This document shows positions 54,038 to 64,000 of a stretch of DNA of 64,000 nucleotides, in pieces; positions within the stretch are counted from its first letter, which is position 1, and the number at the start of each line of letters is the position of its first letter. The stretch comes from Octopus vulgaris (Eukaryota), in contig OX597817.1 in the NCBI GenBank assembly GCA_951406725.2, positions 137,578,001-137,642,000 of the forward strand, in the 5' to 3' direction. Made by a program: the position numbers and the translations under genes. Below the pieces are notes generated by a model. That model saw nothing but the letters and a program-made list of their open reading frames with translations, was not told where the DNA came from and searched no databases.

Positions 54038-54735
54038 GATGGCCGTCCACTGGTGACCGAAGAAGACTATTGCTGACCTTCAGGAACGTTGTGCACTCTA
54101 GGACTAACTTATATTTTGCATTTGCGGCTCCGTTGGTGGCTAATGAACCCTGCTCTTGACAAGCATACACGACTGCAAACATTGCAAACCAAGCTTTCCC
54201 CATTCACTACACCAGCAGTTCGCTTCCAAGCAGCACGCTTAAGTTCTTCGTGCTGAATACGTGCTCTCCCAAAAATGTCTACCCCCTCCTTAACCTGCTT
54301 CCTCCATCTATGGCGATGACAGGCATTGTTCACCCAGTCAGTCTCCTGCATATCATAGGCCTTTAATGAGGACTTGACACAGTCCTTAAACCGCAGCCTT
54401 GGTTTCTGCCGGGGTATATTTCCATTAATAAGTTCACCATAAAGCATCTGCTAAGGGATCCTGTTACCCTTTCTTCTAATAAGGAGTCCAGTCCAACGTA
54501 ACCGGTGCTTGAGTAAAATCGCCTCAATACTCACGATATCAGCTATCCTCACGACATGTGTGTCTCGAGTTTTAAGCTCCAGCCAGCATCTAGAATGTTT
54601 CTCAGACATCCCTGATGAAAGCGTTCAAGGACCTTTAAATGATGTTTGTAAAGGGTCCATGTCTCACATAAGTAAAGGAGTGATATCAGTACTCATGCAC
54701 GGTACACAGCAATTTTAGTTTGCATTGTGATGCCA
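54038..54735 (-). pseudogene. RTE-clade LINE 3' end (ORF C-terminus and 3' UTR)
   Basis: LYGELINGNIPRQKPRLRFKDCVKSSLK...W...ACHRHRWRKQV and C-terminal CNVCSRVCLSRAGFISHQRS zinc finger; flanked by (TA)n. Confidence 0.9.
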
Positions 54736-54751
54736 AATATATACATATGTG

Positions 54752-54891
<140 letters not shown>

Positions 54892-55010
54892 GGTCCCGGG
54901 TTGAGTCGGGGTTAACCACAGTAAATAAGGTACTCAATACATAGCAGAGTAAATTAATTCAATGATGATTTCATTTGAATGAAACGGTTCTAGTCCTGTA
55001 GAAGCTCCTT

Positions 55011-55051
<41 letters not shown>

Positions 55052-55513
55052 ACACACGCGCGCGCGTGAGTGTGAATGTGTCTGCTATTATTTTAAAGCA
55101 CTTTTAAGAATAACGATTGAGTATTGACTGATGAGGTGACTCGATACCCACAGGAGATTCAAATTTATTGTAAAGATCAGGTTGACTTTACAGTCTGCAT
55201 GTATGTATTTCGATGTTTGCCCTGATTATACTTAATTTAAAGACAAAACTATGCTATACATCATACGTTAAGTATTTCTGCTTATTTAAGTACTTATAGT
55301 TCTAAATATTTACAAAAAGAAAGTAAAGTTCTTCTAGTTTAACTGATAAACCTTTGTACAAAAGAAAAAAGAGAAAAATTATAAATTAGCTTAATGCAAT
55401 TATGGCCAGTATCAATAGGACCACAAATTGTTCGTGATGGTTTCTTTAAAGTTAAACTGTAACGTTTTCTGTTTAGATCACGGTAAATGTTGTAGTAATA
55501 TAAACATACATAT

Positions 55514-55933
55514 TTATTTCTTTATTGCCCACAGGGGGCTAAACATAGAGGGGACAAACAAGGACAAAGGAATTAAGTCGATTACACCAACCCCTGACCC
55601 CTGTGCGCAACTGGTACTTATTTAATCGACCCCGAAAGGATGAAAAGCAAAGTCAACCTCGGCGGAATTTAAACTCAGAACGTAACGACAGACGAAATAC
55701 CTATTTCTTTACTGCCCACAAGGGGCTACACACAGAGGGAACAAACAAGGACAGACAAACGGATTAAGTCGATTACATCAACCCCAGTGCGTAACTGGTA
55801 CTTATTTAATCGATCCCGAAAGGATGAAAGGCAAAGTCGACCTCAGCGGAATTTAAACAAAGAACGTAGCGGCAGACGAAATACCGCTAAGCATTTCGCC
55901 CGGCGTGCTAACGATCCTGCAAGCTCACCGCCC
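55514..55933 (-). mobile_element. SINE family A head-plus-duplicated-body dimer
   Basis: Full unit 55701-55933, followed on the minus strand by a second body 55514-55700 lacking the A-box region. Confidence 0.9.
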
Positions 55934-55946
55934 TATAAACATACAT

Positions 55947-56108
55947 AGGCACAGGAGTGACGGTGTGTGGAAAGTAGCTTGCTTACCAATCACATGGTTC
56001 TGGGTTCAGTCCCACTGCGTGGCACCTTGGGCTCGTGCCTTCTACTATAACCTCGGAACGACCAAAGCTCTGTGAGTGGATTTGGTAGACGGAGGTTGAA
56101 ACAAGCCC

Positions 56109-56191
<83 letters not shown>

Positions 56192-56380
56192 ACCATCGCT
56201 TGACAACCGATTTTGATTTGTTTACGTCCCCGTAATTTAGTGGTTCGGCTAAAGAGACCAATATAACAAGTACCAGGCTTACAAAGAATAAGTCCAGGGG
56301 TAGATTTTCTCGACTAAAAATGCAGTGCTCCAGCATGACCGCAGTCAAAAAGACTGAAACAACTAAAAGAATAAAAGAAT
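55947..56380 (+). mobile_element. full-length SINE family B (tRNA head, CORE-like ACCTTGGGC segment, internal (TG)n, AAAAGAAT tail)
   Basis: AGGCACAGGAGTGACGGTGTGTGG...GGGTTCAGTCCCACTGCGTGGCACCTTGGGC...GACTGAAACAACTAAAAGAATAAAAGAAT. Confidence 0.9.
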
Positions 56381-56798
56381 ACACTTATCGATCGTTTGTC
56401 TTTGATTATCACATCGAATGGTAAAATTGAATTTTTTCCGTTTTGCTAAATTGGCGTTGATGTTTTCCTGGCTTCTTGGCAAATAATATCGAGCTATTTA
56501 AAATATTCTTGTTTAATCTTCCATTATTTAAAACAATAAAAAAATGTTTTTAAATGTCTTTTTGTTTATATATTGTTTACATTGAAATTAAGTAATTGGA
56601 AATAAACCTCGGTAGGACCTTGCTTTTTAAACTACGTAGCACTAACATACACACGCGTGCGTACGTGTGTGCGCACGCGTATTTGTTTGTATGTATGTAT
56701 ATCTGGATTTTTTTATTTTATGCATGCGTGTGTGTAAATGCGTGTAAATATGAACATATATACCTGCTTGTGTGTGTGTGTTCGAGAGAGAGAGAGAG

Positions 56799-56842
<44 letters not shown>

Positions 56843-57137
56843 TGTTTGTGTGTGTTTGTGCTTGTGTGTGTGTGTGTGTGTGTATGTATGTGTGTGTGTG
56901 TGTGTGTTTTAAGAATTACTATAGGAAGTGACACTACTTTGGAGCACTGCAAATACTCGGGAGTAGAGTAAAATTTCCCTTCCACCTTTATTTCATTTAC
57001 CTTCATATTTTCACCAAAGACTCATCTCAAACTGTCGACTACGTTCGACCCTGAAGAAGCGCACAAAACAAATACACAACCCAAGAGCGAATTACGCACT
57101 TTCAGGGAACTCTACTACTAATAATAATAATAATGAT

Positions 57138-57355
57138 AACCCTTTCTGCAATTGGCACAAGGCCTGGAACTTTGGAGTAGAGGGACTACCCGATTACATC
57201 GACCCCAAGATGTAACTGGTACTTATTTCATCGATCTCGAAAAGACGAAAAGCAAAGTCGAACCCGGCGGAATCTGAACTCAGAACGTAAGGACAGACGA
57301 AATGCCGCGAAGTATTTTTCCCGGCGTGCAAACGATTCTGCCAGCACGCCGCCTT
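57138..57355 (-). mobile_element. SINE family A copy
   Basis: CGATTACATCGACCCCAAG...AAAGTCGAACCCGGCGGAATCTGAACTCAGAACG...CTGCCAGCACGCCGCC. Confidence 0.88.
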
Positions 57356-57429
57356 CAACTACTACTACTACTTTTAACAACAACAACAACAACAACAATA
57401 ATAATAATAATAATAATAATAAAGAAGAT

Positions 57430-58296
57430 AATTAAAAAATTAAACAAAAAGTGTACAAAAAAATAGAAAAAGCATTGAAGGAAAAGAAAACGTACGGTCA
57501 GTTTGCAAGACAGATATAGAGGACCGGTGGCTATGGATGAGGAGGAGCAACCTGAAGATAGCGTAGCTCAGGAACAAGCGTTAAAGACCAACTATATAGA
57601 GTGCAGAATAGACAACACTACCGATAGCGACAAATGCAGAATGTGTGGGGAGAGGGGTGAAACGATATGGTACATCGTTTGCGAATGCCCGAAATTGGCA
57701 CAACGCGAATATAAAAGACGCCATGACAATGTGGCAAGAATGATCATTTAGGAGCTCTGTGGAAATCACGGCCGACAAAGAGCAAAGACGTGGTGTGAGC
57801 AAACTCCTGAAGGAGTCACCAAAAATGAGAACTGCAAAATCCTGTGGGATGCAATGATCTAGTGCGATCATCCGACCAAACATCGGAAACCGGACATTGT
57901 TGTGGTGAATAAAAAAGAAAGAACATGTATGATAATCGACATAGCATGTCCCGGTGACAGCAGGATCAATGTGAAAGAAGAAGAAAAGAAATAAACAACT
58001 ATGATGATTTAAAGTGGGAAATATGAAGGCTGTGGTCAATGAAGAGATACCATATATGGGATACCATTAGTAATTGTTGCATTTGGAAGTATCAGCACTC
58101 AACTACCAATATGGCTGAAAAAGATCGGAGCAAGTGTGAAGGTAGAACACCTACAAAAATCAGCATTGCTTGGAACTGCAAGAACTCTTCGCAGCGTTCT
58201 TGAAGCATGACCAGTAAACAAGTGTCACCTTAGTCTGGTGGCTGTGAACAGCGGACACTTTCCATCATACCCAACAAAATAAGGTGTGAGTTTTAA
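57430..58296 (+). pseudogene. R4/Dong-like LINE 3' portion (CCHC knuckle + restriction-like endonuclease)
   Basis: QEQALKTNY...CRMCGERGETIWYIVCECPKLAQREYKRRHDNVA...ILWD...KPDIVVVNK...IIDIACPGD; stops and frameshifts; (TAA)n on both sides. Confidence 0.92.
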
Positions 58297-58303
58297 TATA
58301 ATG

Positions 58304-58334
<31 letters not shown>

Positions 58335-58348
58335 TAATAATAATAATG

Positions 58349-58394
<46 letters not shown>

Positions 58395-58456
58395 TAACAA
58401 TAATAATGATGATAATAATAATAACAGCAATAATGATGATAATAATAATAATAATG

Positions 58457-58491
<35 letters not shown>

Positions 58492-58537
58492 TATAATAAT
58501 AATAATAATAATAATAATGAGAATGATAATAATAATA

Positions 58538-58568
<31 letters not shown>

Positions 58569-58594
58569 CAGCAATAATAATGATAATGATGATG

Positions 58595-58685
<91 letters not shown>

Positions 58686-58705
58686 CAACAACAATAATAA
58701 TGATA
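58297..58705. repeat. long (TAA)n tract
   Basis: Read directly from the sequence. Confidence 0.95.
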
Positions 58706-59273
58706 AATATTTAACGAAGATTTAAATGAAACTCCGCTTACACTTACACACCAGTCTATGGAGCAGAGAAATACAAGGATAATGAGCCAGGTCTTTGAAA
58801 ATGTTGTAGATCCGTAGTTGACGTTGGTCTTTGTATCCCAGTTTGACAGGATCGACAAGAGATGTCACGTGATCAGTAGGGGTCATGATGAATTTATATT
58901 TTTAAAGACCTTATAAAAATTGAGGTCAGCTGAGTGGACCGAGACAAAAAGAAAACTGATAGGAAAAGACCGTAGTTTTTATGCCTGAAGGAGCTAGAAA
59001 CAACTGAGTGGGGTTTGTCTTTCCGAACGGGAAAGGTCAGGAAAGCGGAAGTAAAAGGAAAAGTAGCGGAGACAGCAACAGGGTCAACAGGTTTCGGTTT
59101 TCATAGCATCATCAGTCACAGCTATGGAAAAGGCGAGAGAAGTCAGTGTGTATCTGGTCCTTGATGCAAACTGCAGCTACTCCGTTCTCTGAATGTAGCA
59201 GCCAACAACGCCACTTCAATGTCATGTGATAAGCAAGAGGACCTGACATGCTAAATAACATTTCCAATCTCAC

Positions 59274-59312
<39 letters not shown>

Positions 59313-60222
59313 AGACAGACAGACAAAGGGGCCATAAAAAAGAGTATTACGTGTCGTCTTCAATACAAGAAAAAACAACCTCAACCACGAAAATATCGAG
59401 AAAGGGTGAAGTGAAATCTGCCACCGCAGGACAGTCGTGGGTTATATGGTGATGTGAACCGGCTGTGTGCAGGTGATGGCCACATAAATCCATGAGCTAC
59501 ACGTTCGATGGTGAATTATTCCAGGAATACGATTTACCAAAAGAGGATTAATGCAAATATGCACCAAGCAGCCTATTAGTGAAGTGGTCGCTGAATACGA
59601 GCCTTCAAAACGAAAATGGATCCGAGAAGGTTGGGCTACAATCTCAATACGAAGACGATCAAAAGGGCGGAGGCGTGGGTGATTTGACCCATTAAATCGG
59701 TGAATTTCCACCTATTAACAAATACCGTAAAATAAGAGGTAAATAATCAAATAAGAAAAATATTATAAGCCGAACCGCTAAGTTACGGAAACGTAAACAC
59801 ACCAACATCGGTTGTCAAGCAATGTTGTTGGGGTAGGGGACAAACACAGACAGAAACATTCGATTACTGCTCAATATTTTGTTCAAGAAAACTGACCAAA
59901 CGTCCCATAATTTAGTATTGATGAAAACGGTTTGTCTTCGATTGCAAATAATATATTTGCATACTTCAAATGCAGACGGAATGTCCTTGGCCTCTCTCAG
60001 TGTAGACTTAACCATGGGTTTCTGCAAATGGAATGGCTTCTCTCCAAGATGCAAACTTCCGCATTGTTGATTTGCAGCAGAGCACCAGTTAGCCATACAT
60101 ATAAGCCTGCCCTCTCCTCGCCATCTGCAAAATCTAAGAGAATGGCACCAGTGTCCTCAAAAACATTGGCATCAGAACTCAAATACAAACAACAGCTATC
60201 AATGTTCGTACAGTTCCACCAG

Positions 60223-60339
<117 letters not shown>

Positions 60340-60374
60340 CACATCAGCGGGTTGGCGTTTTTTTTGGTGGGGCG

Positions 60375-60419
<45 letters not shown>

Positions 60420-60440
60420 CTATATATATATATATATATG

Positions 60441-60472
<32 letters not shown>

Positions 60473-60476
<4 letters not shown>

Positions 60477-61030
60477 CACTAAAAATAAGGTAACTAATAG
60501 TAAAACTATTTGGTTAATTGTTCCAATCTTCCTTTGCAGTTTCGTGAAGCTATTATTAGGAATTTTCCAAAGAAATCTAGGTATTACTCTATTATCAACT
60601 CACACACGGTTAGGATTGGTTTTCCCAATTACAATTACAACAGAGTCAAGTTTATGTTAAGTAACTCTAGAATTAAATATTCTATATACCAGTGTAAAAT
60701 TACTTCAGATAATGATGTATTTTTATATAGGCAGTTCATCTTCTCAGTTATCTAAAATAATTTCTAATCATTACTCTACATTTAGGGATAGGAATAAACG
60801 TAACAGTACAGGGTTTAGTAAATTAATTTGGCATTTAAAAGACCACAATAAACTAATTTAGATTGGTTGATTCTCTCAATTTCGATCCCTTATGATAAAG
60901 GCAAGGAATTCTGTCTTCTCTGTAATTCTGAACTGTTTCTTAATCTTTTTTTCTAAAAATCTCCTTGTAGACACGGTTATAGAGCGTGCATACCGATGTA
61001 AACATTGGTAGAAACACAAGTTCATATAAG
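60473..61030 (+). pseudogene. Penelope-like element remnant: linker and GIY-YIG endonuclease
   Basis: Across frameshifts: TIWLIVP..IIRNFPKKSRYYSIINSHTVRIGF; SIYQCKI.../FYIGSSS...ISNHYSTFRDRNKRNSTGFSKLIWHLKD; LDWLIL...PYDKGKEFCLLCNSE; RCKH, matching the PLE pattern HFP..IFNRNTVK / IY..YIG / NH..SF..ST.LSK.IW.LK / C.LC..E. Confidence 0.85.
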
Positions 61031-61304
61031 TGATATCTATCATTATATATATATATATAATTTAAACATTAATTTTCTTCTTGCATTTCACATTCACTAG
61101 ATATATATTTTTCCAAGACTTTAGGATTTTATTTAATTTACATATCGTTATATACTTCTCGTTTATTTGGGGTTTTTTCTTTCCTTTACCCCTCCTCTTT
61201 CTATAGGCTACCTTTGACGTTATATCCTATAACGTCTTTTTTTAAAAAAACTTAATCACTATACATATCCATCATATTCTGTATTGACGAGTTCCATGTC
61301 TTCA

Positions 61305-61381
61305 TTTCCATGAAGAGAAGATTACACCATTTTGTTCCATTGGAATAATACTAGTGATATCTTCGAAACATGTGTCGGAAG
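61305..61381 (+). ncRNA. type I hammerhead-like motif in the Penelope 3' pLTR
   Basis: TTTCC-ATGAAGA-GAAGAT...ATCTTC-GAAAC atgt GTC-GGAAG; C3 changed to A. Confidence 0.7.
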
Positions 61382-61629
61382 TAAAAGAATTTGAATAACA
61401 TCTACGTTTAACATCATTTATTTATTTATATATATCATACAAAATATTTCACGTAAACCCGAAGTTTCTACCTTTAAAAACAAGGAGTTACAACCTTTTT
61501 ACTTGTGTGATTTCTTGCTACCCTGCAAACTGTTTAAATATATCTTCCGTGTTGTTAACAAGGGAAAATACACACACACACACACACACACAACACACAC
61601 ACACACACACACATACACACACACATATA

Positions 61630-61851
61630 TTCTTTTATTTGTTTCAGTCATTTGACCGCCACCATGCTGGAGCACCGCCTTTAGTCGTGCAAATTGATTC
61701 CAGGACTTATTCTTTGTAAGCCTAGTACTTATTCTATCAGTCTGTTTTACGGAACCGATAAGTTTTGCCGAACCAGCATCGGTTGTCAAGCGCCGTTTTT
61801 GGTGACACACACACACACACACACACATACACACACATACACACACGCACG

Positions 61852-61923
<72 letters not shown>

Positions 61924-62086
61924 CGACGGGCTTCTTTCAATTTCCGTCTACCAAATCCACTCACAAGGCTTTAGTCGGCCCGAGGCTATAAATAGAAGAC
62001 ACTAGCCCAAGGTGTCACGCAGTGGGACTGAACCCGGAACCATGTGGCTGGTAAGCAAGCCACTTACCACACAGACACTCCTGCGC
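61630..62086 (-). mobile_element. full-length SINE family B
   Basis: Colinear with the reverse complement of 55947-56380; internal (CA)n(TA)n. Confidence 0.9.
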
Positions 62087-62087
62087 C

Positions 62088-62111
<24 letters not shown>

Positions 62112-62119
<8 letters not shown>

Positions 62120-62665
62120 TGAGTCAAAAAGTAATGCCATTTTGTTTAGGACAGGTACAATTACCGACACAGGAACATGTATCATACATCAAAATGAAGC
62201 TGGTCCTCTATGGATCATATCCCTACTTTTCAACATAGTTACCGTTTCTCTCAATGGTAATGTCCCACCTTCGAATGACAGCACGTATCCATGCCCCGTA
62301 AAATTCTGTTGACGGTTCTTTGAGCCACTTCTTCACTGCAGTTTTCACTTCCTTGTCACTGGAATAATGTTTGCCTCTCAAACCCTCTTTCATGGGGCCG
62401 AAGAGATGATAGTCCAGTGACGAGGAAGTGAAAACTATTGTGAAGAAGTGGCTCAAAGAAAAAGTCAACAAAATTATACGGGGCAGGGATACATACTTTC
62501 ATTCGAAGTTGGAACATTGCTATTGAGAGAAACTGTGGCTATGTTGAGAAGTAGGGATGTGATCCACAGAGGACCAGCTTTATTTTGATGTATGATACAT
62601 GTTCCTGTGTTGGTAATTATACCTGTCCTAAACAAAATGGCATTAATTGTTGAATCACCCTCGTA
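62112..62665. mobile_element. fold-back non-autonomous mariner made of two inverted 3' ends
   Basis: TA-flanked TIRs (TA)TGAGAGTGAGTCAAAAAGTAATGCC / GGCATTAATTGTTGAATCACCCTCG(TA); about 250-bp inverted arms encoding the mariner C-terminus DYHLFGPMKEGLRGKHYSSDKEVKTAVKKWL...NGNYVEK. Confidence 0.9.
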
Positions 62666-62670
62666 CATAC

Positions 62671-62732
<62 letters not shown>

Positions 62733-62734
<2 letters not shown>

Positions 62735-63120
62735 TCTTTTACTCTTTTACCTGTGTCAGTCATTTGACTGCGGCCATGCTAGAGCACCGCCTTTTGTCGA
62801 GCAAATCGACCCCAGGACCTATTCTTTGTAAGCCTAGTACTTATTCTATCGGTTCTTTTTGCCGAACCGCTAAGTTACGGGGACGTAAACACACCAGCAT
62901 CGGTTGTCAAGCTATCTTGGTGGGACAAACACAGACACACAAATATATATACACAAACATACATATGTATATATATATATATATATATACATATATAGGA
63001 CGGGCTTCTTTTAGTTTCCGTCTACAAAATCCCTCATAGTAGAAGACATTTGCCCAAGGTGGCACGCAGTGGGTCTGAACCCGGAACCATGTGGTTGATA
63101 CACAAGCTACTTACCACACA

Positions 63121-63124
<4 letters not shown>
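62733..63124 (-). mobile_element. SINE family B copy
   Basis: CAGTCATTTGACTGCGGCCATGCTAGAGCACCGCC...GACATTTGCCCAAGGTGGCACGCAGTGGGTCTGAACCCGGAACC. Confidence 0.9.
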
Positions 63125-63176
<52 letters not shown>

Positions 63177-64000
63177 GTGTGAATGCTGGAGTCTTTAATG
63201 CAGGGAGGAGGAGAGTGAGGGCCACAGTAGTATGTTCTGGGACCCACAGAGTTCAACGTATTTTAAAGGAGAGTTTCGATGGTTTTCAATTCGTCTTATT
63301 GCAGCTTGTTCCGCTCGAGTGGGTGAGGCGTGAATATGATGTTTGATATAAGATAACATAAACCCCAGAAACAAGCAAACAAACAAACAAACAAAAAATA
63401 CATAAGTTTTCTCTTCTTTCTTTCTTTCTTTCTCTCCCACCTCTTCTCGCTTTTTCTCTTTCTTACTCCCCGAAAATTCATGTCTACGTAAGAAGTTGTT
63501 TCAGTTACTGCTGTCGCTAAAGTGTTTTAAGCGTAAGGCGTAATAGCAGCAGAAGCAACAGCAGCAGTAGTAGTAATAGTAATAGTGCTGGTGGTAGTGA
63601 TAGTAGTGGTGGTGGTGGTGGCAGCAGTAACAGTAGATGCAACCAGCAGCAGCGGCAGGAAACCCGCTATAGTAGCAGTAGTACTAATAGTAGTAGCAGC
63701 GGCAGTAGCAGCACTATCGATGGTACCATCAGATAGTAGAACTACTCGACGTCGCCGCCACCAAAGCCAGAAGTCAACAGGGTAGTATACCTCTAGGTGG
63801 GAGGTGGGCCTGCAAGAAATAGTAGCCAGATCTTCGTTAAATCACAGCCTTCTGCCGCCTTACTGTATTGGATAATGGAATACTGTGGCCCCTGCCCAGA
63901 GAAATAAGATGGGTTGTTCAAGGCTGGAGGGCCTTTGCTTTTTGGTTTATTGGTCTTCTCCACCAAGACTGACTTGGAGCTAAACGATAACCAACTGCTA

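Noticed and set aside
54958-55150. ATGATGA..GAAACGGTT (54962) and CTGATGAGG (55128)
   Set aside because: The first has mismatched helices; the second lacks a GAAA box
58760-60215. Possible decayed LINE endonuclease fragments on the minus strand, and CTGATGA..GAAAC at about 59090-59115
   Set aside because: Peptide similarity is too weak to call by eye; helix II of the HHR-like motif does not pair

Overview
Eukaryotic, AT-rich DNA saturated with microsatellites. The repeat content (tRNA-derived SINEs, R4/Dong and RTE LINEs, Penelope-like elements, (TA)n/(CA)n/(TAA)n/(GATA)n tracts) is typical of an octopus or other coleoid cephalopod genome; the taxon is inferred. I found no intact host protein-coding gene, and nearly all listed ORFs are microsatellite read-throughs. 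The window is intronic or intergenic and holds many decayed mobile elements: three tRNA-SINE families, two R4/Dong-like RLE LINE fragments in (TAA)n, RTE fragments, a non-autonomous Helitron, a fold-back mariner, a Tigger-like MITE and a Penelope GIY-YIG remnant. The main signal is about 13 type I hammerhead ribozyme (HHR)-like motifs with palindromic or near-palindromic helix III. They sit in small Penelope pLTR/retrozyme-like units, most of them at (TA)n tracts and some inside the internal microsatellite of a SINE. One unit is a 647-bp partial tandem repeat whose 5' end coincides with its predicted self-cleavage site. Another is a 1.54-kb near-perfect palindrome with an HHR in each arm. All folds were derived by eye and are not computed.
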